DNA of 64,000 nucleotides from a virus: IMG/VR virus record IMGVR_UViG_2795385552_000001; one strand, 5' to 3'. Shown piece by piece: positions 46,798 to 57,266 of this stretch (position 1 is its first letter; each line of letters starts with the position of its first letter). The notes under the pieces were generated by a model. It saw only the letters and a program-made list of their open reading frames with translations, ran no database searches and was not told where the DNA came from. The position numbers and the translations under genes were made by a program.

Positions 46798-48929
46798 CCC
46801 AGCCGGATCAGGGGACCCACGAGTGGGCCGCCAACTACGACAGTCTCCAGGACTGGGCGGCACTCACGGAGACGGACTGGCGAGATAAGTACAACGCGCC
46901 ATATCAGACGGCGCTGGATCAGTTCACGGGTGGCTTCTTCGGGGGCCTGCCCACGGGCATGCCGCACAGTCTCGCGATGCTAACGGCGTTGATTCGCAAA
47001 CTCATTGGAAATCCGTTCGCCGTATTCCCCTCCGCAGAAGCCGCACTAGATGCGCTGTTTCAGATTCCGATCATCGGCGATCTGCTGTCGATCGTGTTTC
47101 GAGGCACTATCCCGCGGTCGTGGATCTCTGATGTCATCGAGGATCTGATTAGCGGTGCTGGTCAGTTTCTCAACGCACAGAGTGTGACTGGCAACCCATT
47201 CCTGCAATGGGACGCGACCAAGCCGGGTTGGCAGTCTGGTGGCTCAGCCAAGATGACGGCCAACGGAACGCAACAGTCGGCACGTTCTGAGATTTTCAAT
47301 GTTGTCCCAGGTCAGATTCTGGAACTGCCCGCGGGCACTATGTGGTCAGGTTTCACTGCGGCACCAGGGTCCGATCCGATCAAGGTTGGTTTTGCGACGT
47401 GGGACGCCAACAAGAATCCGTTGCCGGATGTGATCACTGGGAAATTGCAGCCACCGGCGTCCAATGGCATCTGGCAGGCTATACCGTCACAGCCTTGGAA
47501 GGTGGTAAGTGGCGTGGCTTACGCCGCACCGCTTCTGATGCTGGACTCTGGCGCAACGTCGGGCGATGTGTGGTTCTCAAATGTGTTGCCGCACATGTCC
47601 AACAAGATCAATCCATTGGATCTGCAAAGCATCCTAGAGGGTGGCAACAACATCGCTGAGGACATCCAGAACACGTGGAATAGCTTCTGGAATGGCGTGT
47701 TTGGTGGCAGTGACTCCGGTAAGACGCCTGATGACGTGAAGGCTGCGGCCGGCCATATCACCTCTGTGGCAAGTGACGCGAGCGCTGCGGCGCAGTTCGC
47801 GGCGTCGATGGTCATCCGTCCGCGCCGCAGTCCGCGATGGGTCTCTACAGGAACGCACGATGATGTGTCGTTCCCGATCATCTCGGCGCAGTCAATGTTT
47901 AGCCCCGCGCTGAATGACATTACCTACATTCCGATTACGCCGGACACGGACCGCGTTTACAAGGCGTTGAAGTTCGGCCTTGTTGGCTCGTCAATGACGA
48001 ATTGCTATGTCGGCGTGTACAAGATAGAAACAGACGGAACACTCACGCTTGCGGTCGATCTCGGCGACAAGAAGTCGAGCCTGACTCCATCTAAGGTCCA
48101 GACTTTCGCCGTCCCCGGCGGGGTGTCGGTTGGCCGCGGAGAGACGGTGTTTATCGCGGTTCGTCAGGTTGGTGGAACGGCCGGCCAGATGTTCACCACC
48201 CCGTCTCTGCTACAGGTGACCGAGGTTGTGCAGCCATTGCCGACGTATCCGACTGAGAAGAACAACACGGGTAGCGGTCTGCCAGCCTCCATCTCGGGGG
48301 CTATCGTGCGCTCTGAGTCCGCACCGGCGTGGGGCGCACTTGGTGAGACGCTGCTGGATTCGCCATGGACTGACTTCTCTACGCCGGGTACACATTCGTT
48401 CTTCATTCCCTCAGATGCTCGCTATATCTACATCATTGGTTCTAGCGCCGGTGGCGGCGGTGGCGGTGGCGACGGCGGTTGGGACAAGCCGGGTGAGGGT
48501 GGTCGTCGGGGCCAGTGGTCCGCGCTAAGCCTAGAGCGTGGCGTTGGCATCCCCTGGGAGGTCACCGAATTGGAGATCTATCTCCCCGCCGGTGGTGCTG
48601 GCGCTCCGGGTAAAGAGCAGAACGGCAGTGCGGGCGGCGCGCTCAATGTTCACTTCGCTGACGCTCCGTTCACGGTTCTACTCAACATCCCTGGTGGCGT
48701 CGGGGGACGACTGGCATATGGCGGATTTTTCAACCGCGATCCGGTCGGGCAGGCTCAGGTGAACTACCCCTTCTTCGGTCGGCTGTTTGTCGGCGGCCTG
48801 GCTGCCGCGAAAGACACCAACGGCAATCCCCCTGGCGGTGGTGGTGGCGGCGGTGATGGTGGTGTCGGCGGTGACGCAAACGGCGGTCGCCCCGGTGGCG
48901 CCGGGTTCTGCGCGATAAGGACCGCCTGA
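46794..48929 (+). CDS. minor tail protein with C-terminal glycine-rich region (GTG start)
   Basis: GGGGGGGDGG ... PPGGGGGGGDGGVGGDANGG at C-terminus. Confidence 0.65.
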   Translation: MTQPDQGTHEWAANYDSLQDWAALTETDWRDKYNAPYQTALDQFTGGFFGGLPTGMPHSLAMLTALIRKLIGNPFAVFPSAEAALDALFQIPIIGDLLSIVFRGTIPRSWISDVIEDLISGAGQFLNAQSVTGNPFLQWDATKPGWQSGGSAKMTANGTQQSARSEIFNVVPGQILELPAGTMWSGFTAAPGSDPIKVGFATWDANKNPLPDVITGKLQPPASNGIWQAIPSQPWKVVSGVAYAAPLLMLDSGATSGDVWFSNVLPHMSNKINPLDLQSILEGGNNIAEDIQNTWNSFWNGVFGGSDSGKTPDDVKAAAGHITSVASDASAAAQFAASMVIRPRRSPRWVSTGTHDDVSFPIISAQSMFSPALNDITYIPITPDTDRVYKALKFGLVGSSMTNCYVGVYKIETDGTLTLAVDLGDKKSSLTPSKVQTFAVPGGVSVGRGETVFIAVRQVGGTAGQMFTTPSLLQVTEVVQPLPTYPTEKNNTGSGLPASISGAIVRSESAPAWGALGETLLDSPWTDFSTPGTHSFFIPSDARYIYIIGSSAGGGGGGGDGGWDKPGEGGRRGQWSALSLERGVGIPWEVTELEIYLPAGGAGAPGKEQNGSAGGALNVHFADAPFTVLLNIPGGVGGRLAYGGFFNRDPVGQAQVNYPFFGRLFVGGLAAAKDTNGNPPGGGGGGGDGGVGGDANGGRPGGAGFCAIRTA

Positions 48930-50674
48930 TGCCTCAGGGCTTTCCGGTGAAGAGTTCTGGTGGCCAGTGGTACGGGCGATTCGGTCTGTCGGTGTCGTCC
49001 ATAGTTTCGGCGGAGGCGTTCGGGGTTCCGACAGTCGATCGTGGTCCTCTGACTTTGCGACCAAACGGCATCCCGTCGGCCGAAGCGATCGGCTCACCGC
49101 TGTTCACGTTCCCACAGTTCGCGTATCTCACGGGCATTCCGTCATCCGAGGCATTCGGTACGGCGCTCATCCGCAGCTCTTTCAGTCCGGTGTCGATTCC
49201 GTCAGCGGAGACGTTCGGCAGTCCGACTGTCACGGTTGGGCCGGTCGCGCTCACCCCCGCGGGGATTCCATCGGCCGAGGCGTTTGGCACCGCGAAGGTG
49301 TCGTATGTCGTCATCATCACGGCTGGTATTTCATCAGCCGAGGTGGTGCCCTCTCCGAAGGTTGGTCGCAATGTCGGCGCCACCGGTATAGCCAGTGCCG
49401 AGGCGTTCGGGACGGCGACGGTCAACCGCGGTCCGGTCAGTATCACCGCGTCGGGTATCCCCTCAGCCGAGGCGTTCGGCACCGCCACCCTGACTCAACC
49501 GGCGACGGTCAACTACAACACTCAGGGCGTTGGCACCGAGACCACCTCCACCACGGCGACGTGCACGATCAACCCGAACGCTGGTGACGACGTAATTGTG
49601 TTCTATTCGGTCGGATCGGGTGGTGTAACCAGCGCTACCTACGGGGCGAGCAACCTGCCAATGATCTGCGCCGGGCAAGCGCTGTCCAACGGGGTGCTGA
49701 TCGTCGCCTACGTCATCCGCGGCGTGGCGGCGGGTAGTGCCACCATCACGGTCAACAAGACCGGCAGCAGTTGGGGGCAGGCGGTCGCCGTGTCCTACTC
49801 CGGCGCACAGGGTTGCGGCCCCGCCAAGCAGGTTGTGGGGAACAGTAATTCGTTCTCGCAACCAGTCTCGGTGCCGCTCAATGGCCGTACCGTTCACGCC
49901 TTCACGCCGGGAGAGAACAGCACCACTCTGTCGGGCTTGACTGGAGGAGTCAGCCGTTATCTCGATAACGCCGGATTCCTCACCCAGTCCGTGCGTGACG
50001 CCGACGCCGCAACCACCTTCGCGGGCACACTTAGCGCAGTCCGAGATTGGGCCGCATTGGCGATCCCACTCAGCGCCACCGCCCCCGGTGGAGTGCTTCA
50101 TGGATTCAGTTCGGGCACCGCGACTGAAGGTCTCAACAACACAAAGACTTTCGACGTAGTAGCCGCATTGGGTGACTACGTGTATTGCGTGGTCGCGCAG
50201 GACCGCGCAGGAAACCCATCGGCAGTCACATGTGCTGGTACGGCGATGACATTGCTCGATACCGAGACCTTCACCACAGGCGTTGGCACCGGATTTATCA
50301 AGCTCTACCGCAGTAGTGCTGCCATGGACTCGGCTGGTACCAAGACTGTTTCGGTTACGGGAACCGGCAGCGGGTGGTATCGCGCAGCCGGTCTCGCTGT
50401 ATCGGGAGTCACCTCACCATCGGGCGTCGTCACGAAGACGTCCGGCACTTCTTCACAGCCCTCGCAGGCCGTCACATGCGCAGCGAATGAACTCATTCTT
50501 CAGATTATGGCTACGTCCTCTACGCCATCGGGCACCGAGGGGGGATCGGCGCTGTTTCTGTCGCCAACGGGAAGTCAGATTCGTCTGATTCTGAATATCG
50601 CCAGCGAGTCAACAACTTTCAAGCTCGCCAACACCTCAATCAACTGGGGTGCCATGGCTTTGGTTCTCAGCTAG
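48929..50674 (+). CDS. minor tail protein with N-terminal tandem GIPSAEAFGT repeats
   Basis: at least 7 copies of ~27-aa repeat. Confidence 0.6.
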   Translation: MPQGFPVKSSGGQWYGRFGLSVSSIVSAEAFGVPTVDRGPLTLRPNGIPSAEAIGSPLFTFPQFAYLTGIPSSEAFGTALIRSSFSPVSIPSAETFGSPTVTVGPVALTPAGIPSAEAFGTAKVSYVVIITAGISSAEVVPSPKVGRNVGATGIASAEAFGTATVNRGPVSITASGIPSAEAFGTATLTQPATVNYNTQGVGTETTSTTATCTINPNAGDDVIVFYSVGSGGVTSATYGASNLPMICAGQALSNGVLIVAYVIRGVAAGSATITVNKTGSSWGQAVAVSYSGAQGCGPAKQVVGNSNSFSQPVSVPLNGRTVHAFTPGENSTTLSGLTGGVSRYLDNAGFLTQSVRDADAATTFAGTLSAVRDWAALAIPLSATAPGGVLHGFSSGTATEGLNNTKTFDVVAALGDYVYCVVAQDRAGNPSAVTCAGTAMTLLDTETFTTGVGTGFIKLYRSSAAMDSAGTKTVSVTGTGSGWYRAAGLAVSGVTSPSGVVTKTSGTSSQPSQAVTCAANELILQIMATSSTPSGTEGGSALFLSPTGSQIRLILNIASESTTFKLANTSINWGAMALVLS

Positions 50675-50757
50675 CCGTCATCAGCCAGTCAGGGAATTTC
50701 GGGGCCGATAGCCATCGGCTCCATATAGCCCTGCGCAAAAGAAAGTGGGAAACCAAC

Positions 50758-51165
50758 ATGGCAAATGCTCTGTACGACAAGGGACGTGAAGCCTTCGCGA
50801 CCGGTGGCATCAACTGGACTGGTGACACCATCAAGCTCGTGCTGGTCGATACCGGCGCATACACGGTGAATCTCGCTACACATCAGTTCCTTTCGGACAT
50901 TCCGGCAGGTGCGCGAATCGCCACCTCAGCGGCATTGGGATCCAAGACCGCAACGGCGGGGGTATGTGATGCGGCTGATGTCACCCACCCCGCGGTGGCT
51001 GGCGCGAGCATTGAGGCAGCGGTGATCATCAAGGACACCGGCAGTGCGGCTACGTCGCCGCTGATCGCCTACATCGACACCGCGACCGGACTACCAGTGA
51101 CGCCCAATGGTGGCGACATCAACGTTGTTTGGGACAACGGCGCGAACAAGATATTCAAGCTATGA
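50758..51165 (+). CDS. hypothetical protein (Ala/Thr/Gly-rich)
   Basis: 135-aa ORF. Confidence 0.45.
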   Translation: MANALYDKGREAFATGGINWTGDTIKLVLVDTGAYTVNLATHQFLSDIPAGARIATSAALGSKTATAGVCDAADVTHPAVAGASIEAAVIIKDTGSAATSPLIAYIDTATGLPVTPNGGDINVVWDNGANKIFKL

Positions 51166-51428
51166 ACCCGCGGTCGATCGTCAAATGGCTTGTGCCGGTG
51201 GTACTTGAAGCTACCCAGGAATATCTCAAGAAGAACCCCGGGCTGTTGGATCAGCTCGGCGAGATCACTACCGCCAAGCTCGTGGAGGCGCTGCCGAAGG
51301 TCATCGACAATCTGACCAACGTCACCCCCTGGAAGATCGACGATGTCGTGCTGGACAGCCTGGCGAAACGCATCGCGAACCTACTGCCGTCATTCCTGCC
51401 TGATTTTCTGAAGTTCAGGCGGCCGTGA
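51162..51428 (+). CDS. hypothetical protein
   Basis: 88 aa, ATGA overlap. Confidence 0.4.
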   Translation: MNPRSIVKWLVPVVLEATQEYLKKNPGLLDQLGEITTAKLVEALPKVIDNLTNVTPWKIDDVVLDSLAKRIANLLPSFLPDFLKFRRP

Positions 51429-51577
51429 TGAATCGGCTCGCACAGGTGGCGCTGTTCGGCGTAGCTCTGGCGAGCGTTGCCGCGCTGACAGCGGGACTGA
51501 CATTCATGGTGCTCACTCGGCTCTATTCGCCGGGGGAGAAGGACTCGCGCCTTGTGAAGGGGAGAAACGGATGGTGA
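51428..51577 (+). CDS. small membrane protein (49 aa, one TM helix)
   Basis: MNRLAQVALFGVALASVAALTAGLTFMVL; GTGATG coupling; precedes lysin A. Confidence 0.35.
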   Translation: MNRLAQVALFGVALASVAALTAGLTFMVLTRLYSPGEKDSRLVKGRNGW

Positions 51578-51581
51578 CCGA

Positions 51582-53042
51582 ATGATGCGTTTCACCCGAT
51601 CTAAGCCGATGATGACGCGCGAAGAGATTGCGCGAGAGGTCATCTCAGCGGCTGCGATGCTTGGCGTGGAGCCGAAGGGTGTCAAGATCGCGCTTGCGAC
51701 GATCGCCGTTGAGGTCGGTACCACCAATCGCGACTCCGGTGAGTATGGCTGGTGGCGCTTCGCGAACATCAAGGACCCGCAATGCCTGGCGCTGCCACAT
51801 GATGCTGAGGGGGACGACGGCTACTCGTCGGGGTACTTTCAGCAGCAGGCACCCAAAGGTGCCAACTGGGGCTGGGGCGGACTCTTCGGTGATCCTGTTG
51901 GTGCGTTCCGCCGCATGGATATTCGCGAGTCGTCACGCATGTTCCTGGAGGCGCTGTTGCGCCTGCCGTACGACTACCGCGGTGACTCTCGCTCACCCGG
52001 CCAGATGGCTCAGGACGTGCAGCGGTCGGCATTCCCGGATCGCTACGACGAGCGCTGGCGCGAAGCCAACGAAGTCTATAATCGCGCCGTCAGTGGCAAT
52101 CCGGGTGAGCCCGCTCAACCCTCGGGGCCGTGGACGGGCGACCCCGTATGGCTGGCCGACGTGTTGCGCGCCGAGGGTGTGACGGTTGTCGAGTGCTCCG
52201 TTGGCGACGTGAGCTGGCTAGAGCGCGGTCACGGTGACATGGGCTCGCTGTGGGGTGTCGTCAATCACCACACCGGAAGCAATGGGTCAACCTGGCGATC
52301 GATCTGGGATGGACGTACAGACCTGCGAGGGCCGCTGTCGCACATTCATTTACGCCGCGACGGCGTGGCTGAGCTTGTCGCTGTCGGTGTGTGCTGGCAC
52401 GCCGGAACAGGCGCGTACGGCGATCTGAGGCCCGGTACAGGTAACCAGCGGACCATAGGCATCGAATGCCAGAACGATGGCGGCGGTTCATCCAACCTGC
52501 CCCTACGACACCGCAGCTCGTGGCCTGACGCCCAATATGAGGCGCTGGTCAAGATTAACGCCGCGATCAATCGGCGCCTCGGAGTTGATGCCAGCCGAAG
52601 CATCTCGCACAAGGAATACGACGACGGCGACCCACAGACCGACGAGGGCAAGTGGGACCCCGGCCAGATCGACATGGACATCTTCCGTGCCGATGTTCAG
52701 CGCCAAATCGGCTCCAACACAGGAGGGTTCCTCATGGCACTATCGGACGACGAACAGCGCGAGATTCTGGGATACGTTCGGGAGCAGCGAGAGATCGTGG
52801 AATCACTCTCTCCGCTGCGCCATCTCGGCGAGAAGAAGGCGAACAACATCGCCGGGTACATCCGTGTGATGGATGCCAACAGTCACGTCGAGGCGATCGA
52901 GAAGCGAGCCGGGTATGGCGACGCCAAGGCGATTGAGCTGCTGGAAGAGATCGCAGGGGCGGACCCCGACGAGTACCCAGACCGACAGCGAGACGCCGAG
53001 CTAGCCCGTCGCATCCTGGCCAAGGTTCGGGGCGAGAAGTGA
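51582..53042 (+). CDS. lysA: endolysin Lysin A (N-acetylmuramoyl-L-alanine amidase domain plus additional domains)
   Basis: amidase-2/PGRP motifs VNHHTGSNG ... CWHAG ... IGIECQN ... SHKEYD ... KWDPG. Confidence 0.85.
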   Translation: MMRFTRSKPMMTREEIAREVISAAAMLGVEPKGVKIALATIAVEVGTTNRDSGEYGWWRFANIKDPQCLALPHDAEGDDGYSSGYFQQQAPKGANWGWGGLFGDPVGAFRRMDIRESSRMFLEALLRLPYDYRGDSRSPGQMAQDVQRSAFPDRYDERWREANEVYNRAVSGNPGEPAQPSGPWTGDPVWLADVLRAEGVTVVECSVGDVSWLERGHGDMGSLWGVVNHHTGSNGSTWRSIWDGRTDLRGPLSHIHLRRDGVAELVAVGVCWHAGTGAYGDLRPGTGNQRTIGIECQNDGGGSSNLPLRHRSSWPDAQYEALVKINAAINRRLGVDASRSISHKEYDDGDPQTDEGKWDPGQIDMDIFRADVQRQIGSNTGGFLMALSDDEQREILGYVREQREIVESLSPLRHLGEKKANNIAGYIRVMDANSHVEAIEKRAGYGDAKAIELLEEIAGADPDEYPDRQRDAELARRILAKVRGEK

Positions 53043-54115
53043 TCGTCAGCGGCCAGTTTGTCGGGTACGGACGAGGCGATCAAGGCCCCGAGGTTGAACG
53101 CGTCAGGTACTACCTCACCGAGAAGTTTCGATGGGCGCGCGACATGGGTATGACTCATGGTGACACCTTCGATGAGCTGACTGAGCGGATTGTCACTCAT
53201 TTCCAGAAGAACGCAGCACTGCCGGCTTCTGGGGTTGCGAACTATGCGACGCGGTTGCGTCTGTATGGGCTGAGACCACTTCCATGGCAGCGCATTACGG
53301 TATACACGTTCGCCGGTACGTGGTCCGCCGCGGATTGGGGTTTCCAGGCTGACGTGGCACGCGGGTTGGACCCAGGATTCTTCACCTGGGCACCGATCGA
53401 CTACCCGGCCAGTTTCGGCCCCATCCCCGGTGGTCCAGTCACCGGCATTACGTCGCTGTCGTATCAGGAATCGGTAGAGGTCGCTGTAAGAGCTGGCATC
53501 AAGCGGATCGCCGCGACGCCGGGGAAGTTCATGCTCGGCGGCTACTCGCAGGGTGCCGAGGCGGCATCGCGTCTATTGCGAGAGATCATTCACGGCGGCT
53601 CGCTGTCGCACCGCGCGAGTGACTTCATCGGCGGCTACACCTTTGGCAATCCGTGTCGCGAGGAGAACCACACATGGCCCGGCGACACACTCGCGGGCCG
53701 CGGCATCTCACCGAATCGCATCGAGGGCACGCCGCTCACCTGGCACGATTACGCACACGCTGGCGATATGTATACAGCCGTGCCGAAAGGTGATGCTGGC
53801 GACGACATTACAGCCGTCTATGACGTGCTGACGCGTCTCCAGATTCACGACCCGTTCCAGATGGCCATAGATATGGTCGCGGCATTGACTGGCAAGGGGG
53901 GTCTGGCTGAGCAGATCGCCGAGCTGTTGGGTAACCCGCTGAATCTGATCGATGCCGCGCGCGCCGCTGGTATCGCGATTCGGTTCGCGGCATCGGGGGC
54001 GCGCGATCACGGCACCTACGGGATTGATGACGTAATGGACGGCTCAGGGCGTAGCTCTGTCGTCCATGCCATCGATTCGATGAACGCATACGGTCGCAAA
54101 GTACTTGCGGCGTAG
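53039..54115 (+). CDS. lysB: Lysin B mycolylarabinogalactan esterase
   Basis: alpha/beta-hydrolase GYSQG nucleophile elbow; GTGA overlap. Confidence 0.85.
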   Translation: MIVSGQFVGYGRGDQGPEVERVRYYLTEKFRWARDMGMTHGDTFDELTERIVTHFQKNAALPASGVANYATRLRLYGLRPLPWQRITVYTFAGTWSAADWGFQADVARGLDPGFFTWAPIDYPASFGPIPGGPVTGITSLSYQESVEVAVRAGIKRIAATPGKFMLGGYSQGAEAASRLLREIIHGGSLSHRASDFIGGYTFGNPCREENHTWPGDTLAGRGISPNRIEGTPLTWHDYAHAGDMYTAVPKGDAGDDITAVYDVLTRLQIHDPFQMAIDMVAALTGKGGLAEQIAELLGNPLNLIDAARAAGIAIRFAASGARDHGTYGIDDVMDGSGRSSVVHAIDSMNAYGRKVLAA

Positions 54116-54136
54116 CGAATTACGAGAGGATTAATC

Positions 54137-54349
54137 ATGCCGAATCTGAGTGAAAAGCTGACATCGACGCAGCGAATCGCGCTGTATGGCGTCACTTTCG
54201 TGGTACTGACCGCGTTGGCCGCTGCCAATGTCATTGACAAGGAGGCAGTTCCACCGCTGCTGGACATGGCGGGAACCATGCTCGGCCTTGGCGTGATCGG
54301 TGTAGCCGGTCGAGTGCTGCACGAGCAGCGGCGAGACGGGTTGTTCTGA
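54137..54349 (+). CDS. holin (two TM segments)
   Basis: 70 aa with two hydrophobic stretches and charged C-term, directly after lysB. Confidence 0.6.
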   Translation: MPNLSEKLTSTQRIALYGVTFVVLTALAAANVIDKEAVPPLLDMAGTMLGLGVIGVAGRVLHEQRRDGLF

Positions 54350-54350
54350 C

Positions 54351-54677
54351 GTGAACTGGAGCGGCATCGGAGCCGACAACCTGATGGACTTGATCGCCTA
54401 CGGCATCATTGGCATTGCCTACGTGCTGTCGCAACGGCAGACGCGCAATCAGTTGGAGGCGATTCGCGGTCAGGTCCAAAACGGTCATAAGACGCCGATG
54501 CGCACCGACCTTGACGAGGTAAAAGACGACGTTCGCGGTATACGAAAAGACTTTGGCGACTTCCGCTCTGAGGTCCGTACCGGGTTCCGCAATCTGCGCG
54601 AAGACCTCAATGCCGAACGCGATGAACGTATTGCGTCGGATCAGGAACTAGCGAAAAGGCACCGCCATGATCGGTAA
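54351..54677 (+). CDS. membrane protein with N-terminal TM helix and coiled-coil (lysis-associated?)
   Basis: LMDLIAYGIIGIAYVL then charged coiled-coil. Confidence 0.5.
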   Translation: MNWSGIGADNLMDLIAYGIIGIAYVLSQRQTRNQLEAIRGQVQNGHKTPMRTDLDEVKDDVRGIRKDFGDFRSEVRTGFRNLREDLNAERDERIASDQELAKRHRHDR

Positions 54678-54987
54678 CGTCGCGATCGTCGATCGCATCA
54701 ACCTCATTCAGGGCCAGGACCTCGCGCACCGATGGGACGTGCCAGTAGGTGATAACCTACCCAACGGCACCACCGTCACGTTGTACATGTACTCGCACAA
54801 TTTCAGTGAGACGCTTGGCATCTGGCCATCTATCGACGTTGACGGCTCCGGTGCGAGCTTCTTCATCGAGGCCGAGGACCTAGAGCCAATCCCAGCCGGG
54901 GCACGGTTCCGCGTCTATCTCGTTTACCCGGACGCACCCAAGCCTCGGCTGGTCTGGATTCTAGGCACCGTCTCAAGACAGGGGTAG
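54667..54987 (+). CDS. hypothetical protein
   Basis: 106-aa ORF. Confidence 0.45.
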   Translation: MIGNVAIVDRINLIQGQDLAHRWDVPVGDNLPNGTTVTLYMYSHNFSETLGIWPSIDVDGSGASFFIEAEDLEPIPAGARFRVYLVYPDAPKPRLVWILGTVSRQG

Positions 54988-54990
54988 CAG

Positions 54991-55311
54991 ATGATTGACG
55001 AAACCGTTCTGAATGCTATGTGCACCACAATGGTTGGCTACTTCGATGAGGTCTCGCTACACAACGGCGATCCCGGCGCCGGTGGTGCCAATGAGATGCC
55101 CGGCATCGCACGCAAGACACCGACATGGGCGCCTGCGGACAACGGTGAGTCAACCGCGGTAGTCACATTCGCGACTTACATTGGTGTATCGACACACATC
55201 GGCTTCTGGAATACCGGCGCATTCGTAGGGTCTCGGCCGTTCGTTGCGAACTTCGAGGCCGCAGCCGATCTGGTGGTGGCGCTCAATCCGTATGTGCAGG
55301 AACGCACATGA
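54991..55311 (+). CDS. hypothetical protein
   Basis: 106-aa ORF. Confidence 0.45.
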   Translation: MIDETVLNAMCTTMVGYFDEVSLHNGDPGAGGANEMPGIARKTPTWAPADNGESTAVVTFATYIGVSTHIGFWNTGAFVGSRPFVANFEAAADLVVALNPYVQERT

Positions 55312-56003
55312 CCCTGGTACGCCCACCTAAGCCTTTCACACGGATGGTTCACGCGCGGCCCGGTGTGCTGTCCCAGCCCATCGAGGGTGTCGGCAAGGGT
55401 GCGCGCTTCGGCGTCGTTGCTGATGTGCGCGTGACGGGCAAGATGCACGTCACCGACACCTTCACCAACCTGGACAAGTTCGCCATGGTTTACGGCGGCC
55501 TACCGTTCTTCGGTGACGATCCCTACATCGACGCCGGAAAGCTAGCTGGCCGCGGCCTTGTGCGCCACAAGGTGCAGGCGATGAGCGACAACGGCCGCGC
55601 GACCGCGGTCATCGGCTCGCTGGCCAGCGGCAAGACCCGCCTGTTGATCGATGCCGATCCGCTCTTCAGCACGTACTACGGCATTGAGGTTGAGACCGGC
55701 ATCATCAACAACAAGCTGCACATCATCAAGGGCCGCGGTAACGCGGCGACGGTGACCAAGCACGCGACGGTCAGCGTTGTGTGGGCCAACAGCGATTCGG
55801 TGTCGGTGTGGTATGACGAACCCAACCACACCATCCGCGCCTACCGGAACAACACGCAGATCACGAGCCTGCCGGTTCGCGCCAACGAGATCAACCACGG
55901 TCCGGGGTTCCGCAACCACGGCGTTGCGGTCGGCGTTGACTTATTCCTCGGCGTCATCAACGTCGGGGCGCTGTTCACCTCCTACGAATTCCAAGACGTG
56001 TAG
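55308..56003 (+). CDS. hypothetical protein
   Basis: 231-aa ORF. Confidence 0.45.
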   Translation: MTLVRPPKPFTRMVHARPGVLSQPIEGVGKGARFGVVADVRVTGKMHVTDTFTNLDKFAMVYGGLPFFGDDPYIDAGKLAGRGLVRHKVQAMSDNGRATAVIGSLASGKTRLLIDADPLFSTYYGIEVETGIINNKLHIIKGRGNAATVTKHATVSVVWANSDSVSVWYDEPNHTIRAYRNNTQITSLPVRANEINHGPGFRNHGVAVGVDLFLGVINVGALFTSYEFQDV

Positions 56004-56087
56004 CGGGGCAAAACTGTAGGACATGCACTATCAATTACCGGGCTACTGTCAGCTCTGAGACACGTTCACCAGAGCCTTGGAGTAGAG

Positions 56088-57266
56088 ATGCCCAATCTGT
56101 CATTCACCATGGATCGCGACACCTTCACCGAGGCCGTGACGTGGGCCGCACGCATCATCCCCGGTAAGCCACAGACCCCGATTCTCGCCGGCATGCTGGT
56201 CACCGGCGGACCCAATGGTCTCACGCTGAGCAGCTTCGATCTGGACGTGAGCGCCGAGGTGGGTCTACCGGGTGCCACAGAGATGACACCAGGACTGTCC
56301 CTGGTCAGTGGCCGACTGCTTGCGACTATCGCCAAGGTGCTGCCACGCAAGCCGGTCACATGGATCGATGAGGGCTCAATGGTGACCCTGCGATGCGGCA
56401 AGGTCGACTTCACACTGCCGACCATGCTCGCGAATCAGTATCCCGTGCTGCCGAGCCTCCCTGAGGACACCGGCAGCGTGAGCGCCGAGGAATTCAGCCA
56501 GGCGGTCACGCAGGTGATCAGCGCGGCCAGCACCGATGAGGCCAAGCCTGGTCAGATGTGCGTCAAGCTGGAGATCACCAGCGAGACCACCCTGACGCTG
56601 ATGACGACCAACGGGCACCGGATCGCGATGCGTGAGATCGACTGGACGCCGCTGACCGACGACCCGCCGATTGGGCAACACTTACTGATCCCGACGCGCG
56701 CACTGGCCGAGATCGGTCGTCTCGGTGACGATCAGGTGTTTCTCGCCATCAGCGGAACTAGCAGCGATGCACAGCTTCTCGGCATCCACGGCGGTAAGCG
56801 GCGAATGACCTCGCGACTTGTTGACGACAAGTTCCCGAACTGTCGCGCGGCACTGCCCAAGCAATACGTCACGACGGCGACGGTGGTAGTTCCCGAGATC
56901 ATCGAGGCGGTCAGCCGCGCGCTGGCCGTGACCGGCACGTCTGCCGACAACCATCCCCGGATGAAGCTCACCTTCGATGAGAACGGCCTGAACGTCTACG
57001 CGAGCACGGCGATCGGCACCGTCAACGAGGACGTGGATGTGCAGCTGACCGGTGAGTCGGACATGATCTGGCTCAACCCGGTGTACCTCATGGACAGCCT
57101 GAACGCGCTGAGCAGTGACAAGGTGACCATCGGCCTGCAGGGCGGGGTGCGCGGCCTGATGTTCGTGCCCGATGTTGTCGAAGCAGACGACCTGCTGGCC
57201 AATCCGCTTGCAGGCGAGACGATTCAAATGATTCAGCCGATTCGATTCATCGAACCGGCCGCATAA
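56088..57266 (+). CDS. dnaN: DNA polymerase III beta sliding clamp (DnaN-like)
   Basis: 392 aa; three-domain beta-clamp-like architecture (... GKVDFTLPTM ... LMTTNGHRIAMREI ... LMFVPD); GGAG RBS. Confidence 0.75.
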   Translation: MPNLSFTMDRDTFTEAVTWAARIIPGKPQTPILAGMLVTGGPNGLTLSSFDLDVSAEVGLPGATEMTPGLSLVSGRLLATIAKVLPRKPVTWIDEGSMVTLRCGKVDFTLPTMLANQYPVLPSLPEDTGSVSAEEFSQAVTQVISAASTDEAKPGQMCVKLEITSETTLTLMTTNGHRIAMREIDWTPLTDDPPIGQHLLIPTRALAEIGRLGDDQVFLAISGTSSDAQLLGIHGGKRRMTSRLVDDKFPNCRAALPKQYVTTATVVVPEIIEAVSRALAVTGTSADNHPRMKLTFDENGLNVYASTAIGTVNEDVDVQLTGESDMIWLNPVYLMDSLNALSSDKVTIGLQGGVRGLMFVPDVVEADDLLANPLAGETIQMIQPIRFIEPAA

